This document shows positions 1-13,703 of a stretch of DNA of 64,000 bases, piece after piece. Both the position numbers and the translations under genes were made by a program. Below the pieces are notes generated by a model that had not been told where the DNA came from, did no database searches, and worked only from the letters and a program-made list of their open reading frames with translations. Location: the NCBI RefSeq assembly GCF_009914755.1, contig NC_060931.1; one strand, given 5' to 3'. The stretch's first letter is position 1; every line of letters starts with the position of its first letter. Source of the stretch: the human T2T-CHM13v2.0 reference genome, Homo sapiens.

Positions 1-217
1 TGGGCTCAAGTGTTCCTCCCAACTCAGCCTCCCAAGTAGCTGGGGCTACAGGCATGCACCAACACGCCCAGCTAATTTATTTATTTATTTTTTTTTTTGG
101 AGAGAGGGGGTCTTGCTGTGTTGCCTAGGCTGGTCTTAAACTCCTGGCCTGAAGCAATCCTTCCATCTCCGCCTCTCAAAGTGCTGGGATTACAGGCATA
201 AGCCACCTCATCTGGCC
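1..217 (-). mobile_element. Alu (AluJ-like), cut by the window edge
   Basis: Antisense Alu motifs (cagcctcccaagtagctgg, aaagtgctgggattacagg), ending ...tctggcc. Confidence 0.9.
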
Positions 218-630
218 ACAAGTTATTAAAATATGTAGAAAGCACTTCTGTAACATTCTAATGTCACTTCATGATGACTTGGGGAATCCATAGAAGGATG
301 CTCAATTCATGGCTATAAAAGCTGAGAAAGTAAAAGTCTGCCCAGCTATTCATCAGGATTAGATAAAAGAGACAGATAAGGCCAGCTATTAAAATTAACA
401 GGAAACGGTGCTTTTCCTAAATACACACTGCAACTGAAAAATGTCATAACAATCTCCTTCTTTGAGTGACTACTAAGTTCTTACTTACTAAGATGACTTG
501 TTATCTAAAATCACAGATTATAAAAAAGTTTGTTGTTGAACATGTATCAGTAAGAACAAAACATCCCACTCTTGCCTAGAGCATCGAAGTCACTTTGACA
601 TAGAGAAGCAGCCTTGATTTTCAACCCAGG

Positions 631-978
631 TGCAGAGATATAAATATGGAGTTTCTGAACATAACATTTCAAATCTACATTAACTTTGTAGTTTTCAAGA
701 CAACAAGATCCTGGGTCTACTTTGAAGGCCAGACCAGATGTTCACCCCATTATAAATAGCCCTGCTTTGTTTTGAGTCTACCAGAATACCGTTTCATTTA
801 AATTTCACCTAAACTCTACCCTTCCTCCAAATTACTATAATTTTATCTTTTCTTTGGTTTGGTGAGATGGTCCCATGGTGTCTGTTGGGCAATCTCTCTC
901 AATGCAACAAGCCAATAAGCCTGACTTTGTCAGACTGTAACTTTGTCCTTATAGGTCTTGGGCTGACTGGGCTGGACA
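631..978 (+). mobile_element. Old LTR remnant (ERV-like, family uncertain)
   Basis: TG...CA ends, TATA-like tataaata and an aataag-type poly(A) region followed by a U5-like segment; recognised by pattern only. Confidence 0.35.
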
Positions 979-2509
979 AAATCAAACTGATAGTTGCAGC
1001 CCAAACTCTTCATTCCTGTGGTTCATGATCATGCAAGTGCACATAATTATGTGTCACATAAGGACAGAGAAAAGTAATTAGCTGATTAAAGAAATACTAT
1101 TTTAGTTATCCTAGAGAAAAGCTCATGAGACAAGAAAATATGTTTTATTTTCTTCATTAACTAATCAAAGGTTATACACCCCTTATATAGCCACTGGGTT
1201 AGCCAACTAGAGAAAGATTCACTGGTATAAAGTTGAGCAAATATCTTCCCATCCTCTCCTCATTGTTGGTCACCCCAGTTCCACTGCCCTCCAAACTGGA
1301 AGAAACATTTTGACAATGAATCACTGATGGTCGCTGGAGAATGACATCAACATTCAGAGACTTTAACTACTTTGTGGTATTGCCATGAAAGAAAGAAAAT
1401 AAACAAATGAATAAACTCTTTGAACCACTTGGGGGAAAAAAGGAATCAATTTCCTAGAAAAGATTACTATGTGTAAATAACTCTCTATTGAGATTTGATA
1501 GAAAATACTTCCACAGATATTTAGCCTTTCAGTCATATAAAATACAAAAATCACTGGAATTTAAACGCCAGACAAAACTTCCTTGGAATATAATTACTAT
1601 AGTAGAACAGTAAATATTACCTTAAACTCTGACAACCATTCCTCCACAACCCCTTTCTCTGAAGTAAACATTTTTCCACATCTGTTCTAAACCTTCAACC
1701 TGAAAATTAACATAGAAAAATGTTAACGTTTTGAATATATTTTATTTAGTCAGATTACTATGAACAGAGATAATCCTATAAAGTTTTTACTTCATATTTG
1801 TGAAATGAGTTTCAAACATAAATTACTAAATTCATTTCAAAACCAATGTGCACAAACAAGCCTTAAAATGCAAGAATTTTGACAAAAGTATAAATATCAT
1901 AACATGATGAAATTGGCTCTCCAATTTTCATTTAGTTTTCAGGAATGCCAGCTGCAAAACATATTGGACATTTTTCCCTAGTTTCAATAAAATAATTTCA
2001 AAAAGATCATTTATCTTAAAAGAAAGCAGAAAATATTTCAAAATTGTGAAAATATAAGAAGACACGCATCCAAAATTGACTTTATAGAAAGCATTAAAGT
2101 AATTTAATTTGCTTATATTTCAGTTCTTTACAACAGTAACTAGGCAAGCCATGTGGTTTCTTGAAAGTGTAATGTTCATTTTTTAAAAAGTAAAAGTGAC
2201 AATATTCAAAATGACCATATTTGACAACAGTGATGCAGAAGACTGGGATTTACTTAAGTATAAATTTAAAGAAATAAGCTAAAGGAAATGCAGAACAGTT
2301 TTATCTCAAGCAAAATGTTTGTCAAAATACAACGTATTTTTCTTTACCTATCCATTTGTATGGGAGTAGACTTGGAAACTATTTCCTGACGGAAAACTTG
2401 AGCTCTATCTGAATTTCCTAACTTCCAAATTCAGTCACAAATCCTTCATTAAGCTACTTAATTTTCATCAGCATTATAAGGTAGTAGAAACTTAGGTAGA
2501 GTAGCCAGA

Positions 2510-2700
2510 AATGAATTCTGATTCTATTACTTACTTGGGTAAGATATATTTGCCTTACTTTTTTTTAATCTGCAAAATAGGGATAATGACAGTACCTATT
2601 TGCAAGGAGTTATTGTGAGGAGTACATTTTAAAATGCAAATAAAAGCAGTTATTTCCATTCCTGGCAACAAACTATTATCACTATGCAATATTATTATTA
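2510..2700 (+). mobile_element. MIR SINE
   Basis: MIR core atctgcaaaatagggataatgacagtacct...gttattgtgagga. Confidence 0.7.
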
Positions 2701-4245
2701 TTATTAATTCTTATAAACTCTGCTCAGCTGTCTACGAAAGTATCCAGATATGCCTTAATGAACAACGCAGGTTCTTGTCAAAGAATACATTCTAAGGTTC
2801 CTGCTGTCTAATTCTCATAAAAAAACATGATTAAAACATTTTTTGGTCATTCATTCATTCATTCACTCATAAAAGATTACTTGGGTAATACGCATTTTAT
2901 TTTTAAAATAAAAAATATTTCTCCTTGGATCAAGTCAAACTAACAGAAAACCACATATATGTACTGTATTATTGATTTTATAGAACTGTCTGTTTGGAGA
3001 AACTGGGCTTTGAAATTATGTCCAAAATGTTACCAAAGCACTGCTAGATGACATTTATCCTCCTTAAAAGCCAACAGAGTCTAGAAAATTCACATCTTAA
3101 GTTTTCAGTACTAGGAAAATCTCTCCTTTGGAGTAACTTGTTTGTTTTTATATTATGAATACTGTGAGTTTCATAACCAATTCTCTTTGTCTTACTGTTA
3201 TTTTCTGTCTGCCTGTATCTACTTTTTTTATGTTGTTATGTATATTTGTAAAGCAAAGCCAATATAAATGCACAAAAGTTTTCTTTTGTATGAATTCCAT
3301 TGTTTAATAAATTAGGACAGAAAGTTATCACAAATGGAACCACACTACATCAAGTTACATAGAAATGGGGAGGTAAAATTTTTACAAAAATTCAAAATAA
3401 CTCTCCAGTTAAAATTAAGGTTAATTTTTCAAAAATTAAAAGAAATCAAGAGGAATATACAAGGAACCAAGAACAGTCAAGGGCTGTCTTGAAGAACAAC
3501 AGAACTGTGGGACCTGGACTTCCAACAGCAAAGCTTAGTATAAAACTTACCAAAAACTATAGTAATTAAGCCAGTGGTGGCACTGTCAGAAGAATAGAAA
3601 ACAACCAATGGAACAGAATAGAGTGGCCAGAAACAGACCCACACATATATGGTCACCTGATTTATGACAAAAATGACACTGAAATTCAGTGAGGAAAGGA
3701 TGCTCTTTATAATAAATGGGGCTAGGTTATTTGGATAGCTACATGGGGAGGACAAAAAGAACCATGACCCTAGAGATCATGCTGTATGCAAAAATAAAAA
3801 CAGTTTCAGTTGGACCACAGATCTAATTGTGAACAGTAAACCATAAGGCTTTTAGAAGAAAATGCAAGAGAGTACTTTCATAATCTTAGGCTAGGCAAAG
3901 GTTTCTTAAACAAGAGGCACAAAAGCACTAATCACAAGGAGGGGAAAAGGATAAACTGGACTTCCTTGAAAGTAAGAATTTCTACTCACCAAAAGATACC
4001 ACTAGGAGAATGAAAAGGCAAAGCCATAGGGTGGCAGATGATATCTGCAATTCATATACATGGCAAAAGTCTCATATCCAGAATATATAAGGAACTCATA
4101 AATTATTAAGAAAAAAGGTAGACAATCCTATAGGAAATCAAGACCATCACTTACTCAAATGGAAACTTAGCACATGAAACGTGCTCAACTTTGTTAGTCA
4201 TCAGGGAAATGTCAGTTAAAACCCACAGTGAAATACACCATACAA

Positions 4246-4279
4246 ACACACACACACACACACACATACACACACACAC
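4246..4279. repeat. (CA)n microsatellite
   Basis: Directly visible. Confidence 0.9.
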
Positions 4280-4535
4280 GTACGCATGTGTAGCTAAAAT
4301 GAAAGATCACACCAAGTGTTGAAAAAGATATGGAGCAATCAATATTCAGACACAGCTAATGTGAATGCAAATTGGTACAATATCTTGGAAAACTCTTTAG
4401 CAATATCCTCTAAACTTGAGGATATATACATATACTCTACGAACCCAGAAATTCTACCCATGTTAATACTCAACAGAAATGAGGACATATGTTCTCTGAA
4501 AGCTATGTTCAGAAAATGTTCATCTGAGCAATAGG

Positions 4536-4733
<198 letters not shown>

Positions 4734-5419
4734 TAGAAACAAACCAAATGTCCATCAATAGTTGAACGAATAAATTACAGTATACTGTACAATATCTGAA
4801 ATTCTATACAACAAAATATAACTTTTAATGAATAAACTATATCTGTGTTACAGTGTTGGATAAAAGAATGCAGGAAAACAGAGTACATACTATATAATTA
4901 CATTTATGTAAATTTCAAGAACAGATAAAACGAATCCATTTGTGTTAGAAGTTGGGATAGTGGCTGCTCTTGAGGGGCCTATCTTGTCGGTTCTGATAAC
5001 AGTCTGTTTCTTGATCTAGGTGCTGGTTACTCAAGTGTATACATTTGGTGAAAATTTGCCAAGCTAAACATTTCATAAACTGTACATTTTTCTGTATGTA
5101 TATTATACATTAGTAACACCAGTCAGCCCTGGGTCTCTTATCTTCCACTTGATAGAGATCAAATGGGAGCCCTCATTGTATAGCTGAGCTCACATGGACA
5201 CTCACTTGTTTAGCACGCATGCAAGCTCAGAATAAAACTGTTCCTCCCCAAACTTCTCTGTCTCCTGCAGAACTCAAAAGGGAGTCTATGACATGCCTCC
5301 CTATCCTGAAACTTTCACAGTCTCACCACCACTGTCTGCTTTAGGTCCACCAGGACTAAAGTCTTTATTCCCTTCATCTCTGTTTATGTCCAGCACCACA
5401 AGAAGCTACAGACACCTAG

Positions 5420-6045
5420 ATGACACTCATCTCACACACTAGTCATCATAACTCTTTGTACATCTTCTGTTTTGCTCCCATCTCCCATCCCATCCTAATT
5501 CTGGAAGGACGATATACTTCCATGGGTCCTCTGGAATTTACAGTCTATTACCAGCAAAATCCTCTACATCTTCAACAGTTCTTCAAATGTTGCTTTCTTC
5601 TTTTCATGAGACACTAGTTTCCCTGCATGCAAGCTTACCAAATAGTGATTGCATTTCCTCACACATCCCTGAAACAAACCACTGGGCTTAGAGGTAAAGT
5701 AGGTGTTCTCCTTTCTTCTTATTACCACTCAAGATCATTCTCTTCCTCCTTCAACCATCCACCCAAAGCTGCTTTGAAACTCTATCACCATCATCTATCA
5801 ATCAATCCACCCCACGCCCTTGCCCTGCTCGGTCCCTCCCCTTCATTTCTGGATGATCTTAGCTCCTAGCTCACTGTCATGCTTTCAAACAACTCCTGCT
5901 TAAATCTTGGTGATTTTTTTTCTTACCTGAAGTCTAAATTCCTAGAAGTCTTAATTCCTAGAATTCTCCTCCTACAATATTTTCTTCCTACCTGCCTCAG
6001 CTACTCAATCCTACGATCAAAGTCTATGATCATAGCCTAGACCAC
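5420..6045 (+). mobile_element. L2 LINE fragment
   Basis: Pyrimidine-rich L2 ORF-like sequence (ccatcatctatc..., gatcttagctcctagctcactgtc, cttggtgatttt). Confidence 0.5.
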
Positions 6046-6094
6046 CTGTTTTCAAACATTTGGGTTAGGGACTCTTTATACTCTTAAATATTAA

Positions 6095-6487
6095 GCCAAC
6101 CTGAAAGAACACCCAATGGCCAAAGCTGGAACAATCCAAGCAACAGAACAAGTAATGTAGTACTGCATTATAACCCAAAGTATAAAATAAACATACATGA
6201 GGCCATACTCATATAAATAAATGATTAAATAAATAAGAGAATAGGAGATAAAGTTTCCTTACGGAAGAATTCCCAGTAACAGATGTAGACACTATCTCTT
6301 CCAGGAGGTAGAGCTTAGTCCTTGCTCCCCCATTGAGAGTGCACTGGACATAGCTATTCACTTGCAAAAAAAGAGAGTACGGAAAGAGGAAAAGAGTAAC
6401 TGTATAGTGGTGAAACCGGGCAAGCACTGCCTTGATCTAAGCTAACATCAACACGACGTCATGTGAATATCAAGTACCATTCAAAAT
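6095..6487 (+). mobile_element. L1MC/L1MD-type 3' UTR fragment
   Basis: ccaatggccaaagctggaacaat...ttataacccaaagtataaaataaa motif. Confidence 0.7.
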
Positions 6488-6571
6488 GATTACAGACATG
6501 AGCCACCGTGCCTGGCCCCTGGTAAGTTCCTTTTAACTATAAAAGTAAGAATATCTTTAGAAGAGAAAGTA

Positions 6572-6870
6572 TGGCTGGGTGCGGTGGCTCACGCCTGTAA
6601 TCCCAGCACTTTGGGAGGCTGAGGCAGGAGGATCACTTGAGGTTAGGAGTTTGAGAAAGACTGGCCAACACAGTGAAACCCCTCTGTACTAAAAATACAA
6701 AAATTAGCCAGGCATGGTGGCATGTGCAGGTGATCCCAGGTACTTGGGAGGCTGACATAGAAGAATCACTTGAACCCGGGAGGCAGAGGTTTCAGTGAGC
6801 CAGGATCAGACCACTGCACTCCAGCCTGGATGACAAAGTGAGACTCCGTCTCAAAAAAAAAAAAAAAAGA
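6572..6870 (+). mobile_element. AluS
   Basis: Full dimer ggctgggtgcggtggctcacg...gtctc plus poly(A). Confidence 0.95.
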
Positions 6871-6962
6871 AGCAAAAATATACAAACATTAAAAATGAAT
6901 CCTGAAATATCAATGCATTATGTAGGAAAGAGAATAATGGAATTCTATAAAGTATAGGATAA

Positions 6963-7053
6963 TTTTTTTATTTCAACTTTTATTTTAGATTCAGGAGGTA
7001 CATGTGCAGGTTTGTTACATGGGTATACTGTGTGATGGTGAGGTTTGGAGTAC
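6963..7053 (-). mobile_element. Very short older L1PA 3'-end insertion
   Basis: gtacatgtgcaggtttgttacatgggtata is the antisense L1PA terminus; flanked by a taggataa direct repeat. Confidence 0.75.
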
Positions 7054-9174
7054 TATTGTAGGATAAGTATTTAAAGAAATAAAAAATTAAAAAGCCAACA
7101 GTGTTTACTAGCTGACATAAGCTTTTCTTTGTCCTTACCACGTACAGTACAATTGTTAAAAAAAAAAAAAAAAAAATTCTTTCCATTAGCCCTGGGCTTC
7201 AAGATGAGTAACAGTTCTGACTAAAGGTATCAGTAAAGCTTAGATAGGACAAAAAGCAAACTGGCCACAAAATGATTTAAAAACTGTTTCTCTCTACCAG
7301 CAAGCAGCAAGAGGCTCTCTACAAGTTGCTAACCCACCCCCACATTTCATATATAATATGTAACCTATTAACATCTATGCCAAAGACTTGACTATATAAC
7401 TCTGCAAGCTTTATAAATCTAATTAGACATCTCTAGTAATATTCAAAATATACTTGCATTTGTAAAAACTTTATTCTTCTCAAAGATAAAAGAGACAATT
7501 AAAATACATGTTTCCTGCTGTGTAACTAACTTCCTATTTTTGCCAAACATGTTCCGGAGCAGAATATTTAAAATTACATTAGAAGGCTTGCTAGGAGTCT
7601 ATGTAGTATTTCACTAGCCCAATAAGTCTGTATAACATTAATTTTTTATATTTTCAATGTACAATAAAACCTTTCTAAGTCAAATGTCTTATTCTTCAAT
7701 TCCCACATTATGTTATTAATAACAATTACCAAAATTTATCTTTTAGTGTTGTCATCAGAGACATATAACATTTTAATTATTTTATAAGAATATTTTAAAA
7801 GTATTTGTAACTTTCACTGTAAAACTCTAAAAATTTCCTTATTCCTATTTTTTACATCATCCCCTTCACCATTAAGCACTAACGACAAACTACTATAAAA
7901 CTTTTTATAACCATTTGTTTTATATATCATTATGAAGCTTAAGTTTCTATAAATTTATAGAGCAACCAAATTTCTATAAATGGATTGTGACACATCACGA
8001 AATTTTAAACTTCTCTCCTATGCAATGAGGCCATTGCTGTAGTTAAATTAAGCGCTACCAGAAGATTATCAAGAATTCCTGGGTGAATTTCAGGAAAACA
8101 GAATGGAGAGAAATGTTCAGATTATGTTACAGAATAAAATTAATTTAATTTTAGGATTTTGCTGCTTAGAAACTGACCAATCAATTGTGAAGGAGGACAG
8201 TATATGTGCTGTTGCTTAAAAAGAAGTGTTGATGCCTCACTGCCTACCTAGGTCATCAAGTAAATAAAGCTGCCTCTCAAGGCACCAGGAGAAGTAATAT
8301 AATTCATAGTAAGAGAGGTTTGGGAAGTCTTTCCAAAGGCCTATTACTTAGGCCTATTTTCCCCAAAAATCACAAAACAAGTGTCTGATTATCAAGAATA
8401 GAACATAGGTTTTTACTCTATAAAATGGTTTTTGGCTAAACCATCTTTTGCCTACCCCAAGGACAAATAAGATCATGTTGGGATATCAGTGTGCTGTGGC
8501 AACCAGCCCAGTGTGTTTCTGTTGGAAAAGCTAGAACAATTAGAAGGTAAGAAGTTCTTTCTTCTCATTTCCCATTTCTATCTTCCTGTTCTTCTCAGAT
8601 CCTCCATGACTTCAGACAAGATCAGGCACGTTCAAGGTGGTATGGTCATAGACAAGATCCTCCAGGACTTCAGAAGAACATTTTTTCCAGGGAAAGGATA
8701 TCTGATTTGGACTCTAATAAGAGAAGTTAGGAAGAACTATTTTTTAATAACCATGTTGACCAAAAGAATGCAGCAAACAGAATGCTATGAAACTTCTGAG
8801 GCCAACAGTTACTGCTCTTGGATTTCTATTGCAAATATTCTCCCTCTTTTTTGAGCCAGCATTCAAATAGCCTTGACTAAGATCATGTACAATTTATTAA
8901 CAATTTAGATTTCTTTTAGATAAGAGCAGACAGAATGGTGAGATCTCTGGGAACTATGGCACTACGATGAGCACTTCTTATTGACATTAACATAGCACAT
9001 GACTCAGTGGTTCAACATTTTTTAAAATTTTTTTCAAATAAAAATTATATAACATAATTTTTAAGTTTTAAACTGTATTAGTAACTACAGGCAAATTTCA
9101 GTCCAGATACTATAAGCATAAGTAACATACAGCAAGTATCTAATAAATATTTATTGAATAGAAGAATAAATTTC

Positions 9175-9555
9175 ACCCTTTATAATGCCCGTCAAATTTA
9201 CCATCTGCTCTCCATCTCCACAGCAACGCCCTGAGTCTGGGCCCTTATTTCCTCTGCATCTGCTGATCACACAGCCTTCTGGCTCCTGATTTCTTCCCTT
9301 TTCCAGTGCACCATGCATGTTGCTGCCATATAATCTTGCTGAAACTTCTTTTCTCCTGAACACACCATGACATCAGACCTCACAAATCTTCTACATCAAA
9401 CTTTCCCTAAAATATGGTCATAATTTACCTATCCAAATTTTACTTAACACTATTCTCCAAAATAATCCATGCCACTCCAGGCTCCATGTCTTTGCCTATG
9501 CTTCTCTTCTCTACCTTCCTTTCACTCCTCAGCTTTTACACCCTACCTAGGAAAA
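9175..9555 (+). mobile_element. L2 fragment
   Basis: ctctccatctccac...gggcccttatttcctctg...ctttgcctatgct L2 3' pattern. Confidence 0.5.
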
Positions 9556-11134
9556 ACTTGGGGCTCTTATTAATGAAATGCATGCATTGGCAAGGTAAGC
9601 TGCCAGGAGAGAACTGGCACTGCATCTGTGAACCAAAACAGCATCATCTGATTATTTTAAAGACTGATTGATGCAGATAATCTTGACTTAGAAAACCTCT
9701 TATTAGAATGTTATAAGAAATCTTAAAAGTCCATTAATATGTTATGTATTTCACTAAATATAAAAATATCACAAACAAATTATTTTACATTTAATATTGG
9801 GTAAAAATCTACAAGAGCAGTTATTGCTGAAATAAAGCTTTCCAAAATGTTTGCACCACCTTTTACAAAATATAATTACAGCACATACTAAGTGATTCAA
9901 GTATTACCTCAGTGAATCAAACTTCAGTAAGCCCTGATAACTAACATACAAATGATAAAGTTTATGTTAACAGATTTTAAGAGATCAGTGTAAAAGTGCT
10001 GAACTATAATAATTACCTCAGTCACATTCATTAACATGATTATCACACAATTGCATATTAAATAACATGGTGATTAGAAATGCTTTCTACATATTCACTG
10101 AACAGGATGTCAAGTCGACAGCCCGTTCATATAATTTATCCAGACAGTAGGCTGGGCAGAGTCAGAGTAAGAGCAAAGAAACAGAAGTAGCAAAAACAAA
10201 CATAGAATGGGAGGTCGTATATGCAAAAAGTCAATACTAGTATATGTTCAAATTGCAACATTAATAATTCAGCAAGCCCTTGATTGCCTGCTGAGTATAA
10301 TGCAAAGTGTTTCTATTAGTTTGCACCATTAGCAAAAGAATAGTAAAATATGATCTGTGTCCTCAAGGCAATTGTAATCCAGATGGCAAAGGAAAAGCAG
10401 GGAATAGACGAGAGGAAAATAAGTCAAGGTAGCACCTTACATTTTCTAGACGAATAATTGCAAGGGCCATCATGAGAAAATTATCAGAAATACACAAAAT
10501 CAACAATGAAAAGTTTAAAACAAGGGTTCTGCTCACTATGCAACTATAAAAGATTATAAAAATTCCACCAAGAAAGAAAATAAAACATACACAAAAACTA
10601 TCAACACCTAGGGAGAAAACCGATCTCCCATCCCTGCTAATATTTTTCTTTACGGGAGATTTTTTTAAATGGCCACACTTAAATCTTTTCCACATAATTA
10701 AAATAAATAATCATCCTTCTCACTGCTGCTATCCCACTCTTCAAAAGAAAATACTGTTAACTTTATATTATTTCAAACTTTTTTCTACACATATGCTATA
10801 TAATCAGCAGTTCTGAAAACTCTCTACTCTTAAAAATATTGAGCAGTATATCTAAACCAAAACAAAATATATCTCCTCAACCAAGAAAAAGATATCAACC
10901 AAATAATATATTTATATAGATAGGTACCTATCTATATCTATATAGATATCTGCTCAACCAAACAAAATATATCTGCTCTATCAAAACATGTACATATGTA
11001 TATATACACATATACACATACATGTATACATAGTCCATTTATATTTTGATTTTAACATAAAAATACAATCACATTCTACCAAAACTTGATTATTTTTCAC
11101 CTAATATATCATGGACATTTTTTAAAAATATGTG

Positions 11135-11410
11135 GTACACTATTACTATTATATTTACGACCTTCAACAAACGATCTCTCCTGTTATTTAGTCCTTTGTA
11201 TAGTCCTCCTCCACATCAATGCTGGAATTGGCAAAGTGACATGTTTTTGCCAGTGGAATTTAGCAAGGTGCTGCAAGGAGAGACTTAATAAGAGCTTCCA
11301 CCTAGGGCCTGTCCTCTTGAATAATCCCTCTTAGAAGGCAACCACCATGCTACAAGAGCTGAGGGATAGACATCTGCATAAGAAGCCACATGAAGACAGA
11401 CCTCGGAGGA
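11135..11410 (+). mobile_element. MaLR LTR (MLT1-type) fragment
   Basis: ctttgtatagtcctcctccac...gtgacatgtttttgccagtggaa...caaccaccatgct. Confidence 0.6.
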
Positions 11411-11704
11411 CAGCAGAAAAAAAAGGCTTTCCTTGTGAAAATTTAACTAACTACTTGACAAAGTTAAAGAAGTTTTTTTTTTTTTATCAAAGGACTTTTC
11501 AGAGCCTTTAATATGCTAAATCTGTATTATTAATCTCTAAGAAAAGCATTTGGAATGAAATATTTTCCTAAATGTATTTGACCATGGGATCCTTTGCTGT
11601 CCATACACAACTGGCATCATTGGGAATATGGTCTGGAAAACACTCAATGTGACCAAATGTGTCATACATAGCAATGGTAGATGTCCATAGATAATGTTGT
11701 GATA

Positions 11705-11945
11705 ATGACTAACATTCCTCAAGCACTTATGTTTCTGGCACTATGCTAAGCGATTTATTGGAATTTTAATTGAATTCTCATAGCCATCCTAGCTGGTAAA
11801 TTAACATAACCTCTATTTCACAAAAAAGAAAGCTAACACTTAAAGAAGTAACTTGCCCAAGATCACACACTACCAAAGTGGTTAAGTTAGGGTTAGAACC
11901 CATGCAGCCCAATTCCAAAGACCCCATTCTAATCACCATGCTATC
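11705..11945 (-). mobile_element. MIR SINE
   Basis: gaagtaacttgcccaagatcacac...agaaccca core. Confidence 0.8.
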
Positions 11946-12686
11946 AGCAATCCCTACCCATGGCACCTAAAACAGTTCAAAACCTTTCCCTTGTCTCATA
12001 AATAATTTACTCTGGTTTACTCTTTTCTTCTTCCTAATATTTTCATTCTAAATTGAAAAGTAGGATATTTTCATTTTAAAATAAATTGCTAGGGAAAAGT
12101 AAATTATTCAGATGATTGTGTTTGGCAGCCAGGTTGAGAACTATAGGGTAGTAAAAGAACATGGTAGGGTACTGGAGAAAAAGTATTCAATTTACTTAGA
12201 CCCAGCTCTGCCACTTGCTAGCATGTGGTTGCAGTATTTTTCTCAGTTGGAATGAAGGAAAAGAAAAAAGATGAGAAAAATCTATCAACTGGTATTTACC
12301 ACAGTGCCTACATACTGGTAACAAGAGTGATCCAAAAACATGGGTGTGACTAAAGTTGAAATGCCAAAATTAGACCAAAATTCTTATTTGCCCCTAAGTC
12401 AGAGGTTTTCTGTTTGGTTTTGGTTTCCTTTGCTTTATGGCAAACATTTTTTTTTTTTAATTCTGGGGCTGAGACCTTTGTTCAGTTCTCTAATTTAGTT
12501 TACCCTACTTTCAGAACTCTGGGAAAACTGCCTCCAAACGATGAAAGAGCAAATGTTTTGCTTTTGTATATGTTTGAAATTTTCTCTTCACAAAGCATCT
12601 CAAAGCACTATAAAAATTGACTGAACACAGCACTACTTGATATACAACTCAATTAAAATTGTCAAGAAGAAATAATGGTAAAAATT

Positions 12687-12725
12687 GTATATATATATAT
12701 ATACAATTATATATATATATATATA
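12687..12725. repeat. Interrupted (TA)n
   Basis: Directly visible. Confidence 0.85.
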
Positions 12726-13294
12726 GTTTGCGGCTACAGCATGTAATGAAAAATGCTGAAAAACCACTGTGGCAACTCAGTATGACTAGTTGATGATCAA
12801 AGGGTACAGCAACTACCACAGCAATGGGCATGTAAAAGATATACTGTTTTGCCCCTGTTGACTATAACACAAGTAAAATAATGTGACTAAGATTATACAC
12901 AAGCAATTAGCTCAAATCAACATCATATTAAAAAGTATTTTATTTAGTCTTCCCCTTCCATTTTCTACCATGAAGAAGCAACCAGGGAGAGGCTCTTGAA
13001 CACCTAGGAACACAAATACCCTGTAAACACTTTCTCCTTGCCAAACTAAACAAATTCAATTAAATTAAGGAATTAGCCAGTTGCTTGCCATTGGCTGTAT
13101 TGGGAAAGGTGAAGGAGGAGGCAAATAGTTATTACTTTCTTCATTAAGCTATCCAAATTTTTCTCTTCCATGTTTTACCTAGGGGAAGTATATAAATTTT
13201 TGAGGCTTTGACATTAGCCTTGGCAAACTATTTCCTGGGAACAGGCAAATTAAGGGTATTTGAGATTTTGCTACATCCAAGTATAAAAGCCACC

Positions 13295-13703
13295 TATATC
13301 TGTTTGCTAGGGCTGCCGTAACAAAGTACCACAGACTGGGTGGCTTAAACAACAGAAATTTATTTTCTCACAGTTCTCTAGGCTAGGAGTCTAAGATCAA
13401 GATTCAGGAGGGTTGGTTCCTTTTTAGAGCTCTGAGAGAATAGTTTCAGGTCACTCCCTATGGCTTATAGATGGCGGTCTTCTCCCTATGTCTTCACATT
13501 GTCCTCCTTCTATACAGCCTATCCAAATTTCCTGTTCTTACAAGGACACCAATCATACTGAATTAGGACCCATCCTAATTACCTCATTTTAACTTAACTG
13601 CCTCTCTAAAGACCCTATTTCCAAATGATGCTACATTCTGAGGTACTGGGGGTTAGGCCTTCAACTTATGAATTTTGGATGGGACACAATGCAGCCCATA
13701 ATA
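13295..13703 (-). mobile_element. MLT1A/B-type MaLR solo LTR
   Basis: gctagggctgccgtaacaaagtaccacagactgggtggcttaaacaacagaaatttatt...gggacacaatgcagcccataata; 5-bp TSD ccacc/ccact. Confidence 0.9.

Noticed and set aside
1621-1658. Possible 38-nt minus-strand exon (cttcAG...AAG|GTAATA)
   Set aside because: Short pyrimidine tract and no supporting evidence.
9908-9933. Possible 26-nt minus-strand exon (ttatcAG...GAG|GTAATA)
   Set aside because: Weak pyrimidine tract with a competing AG and a weak donor; expected by chance in a long intron.
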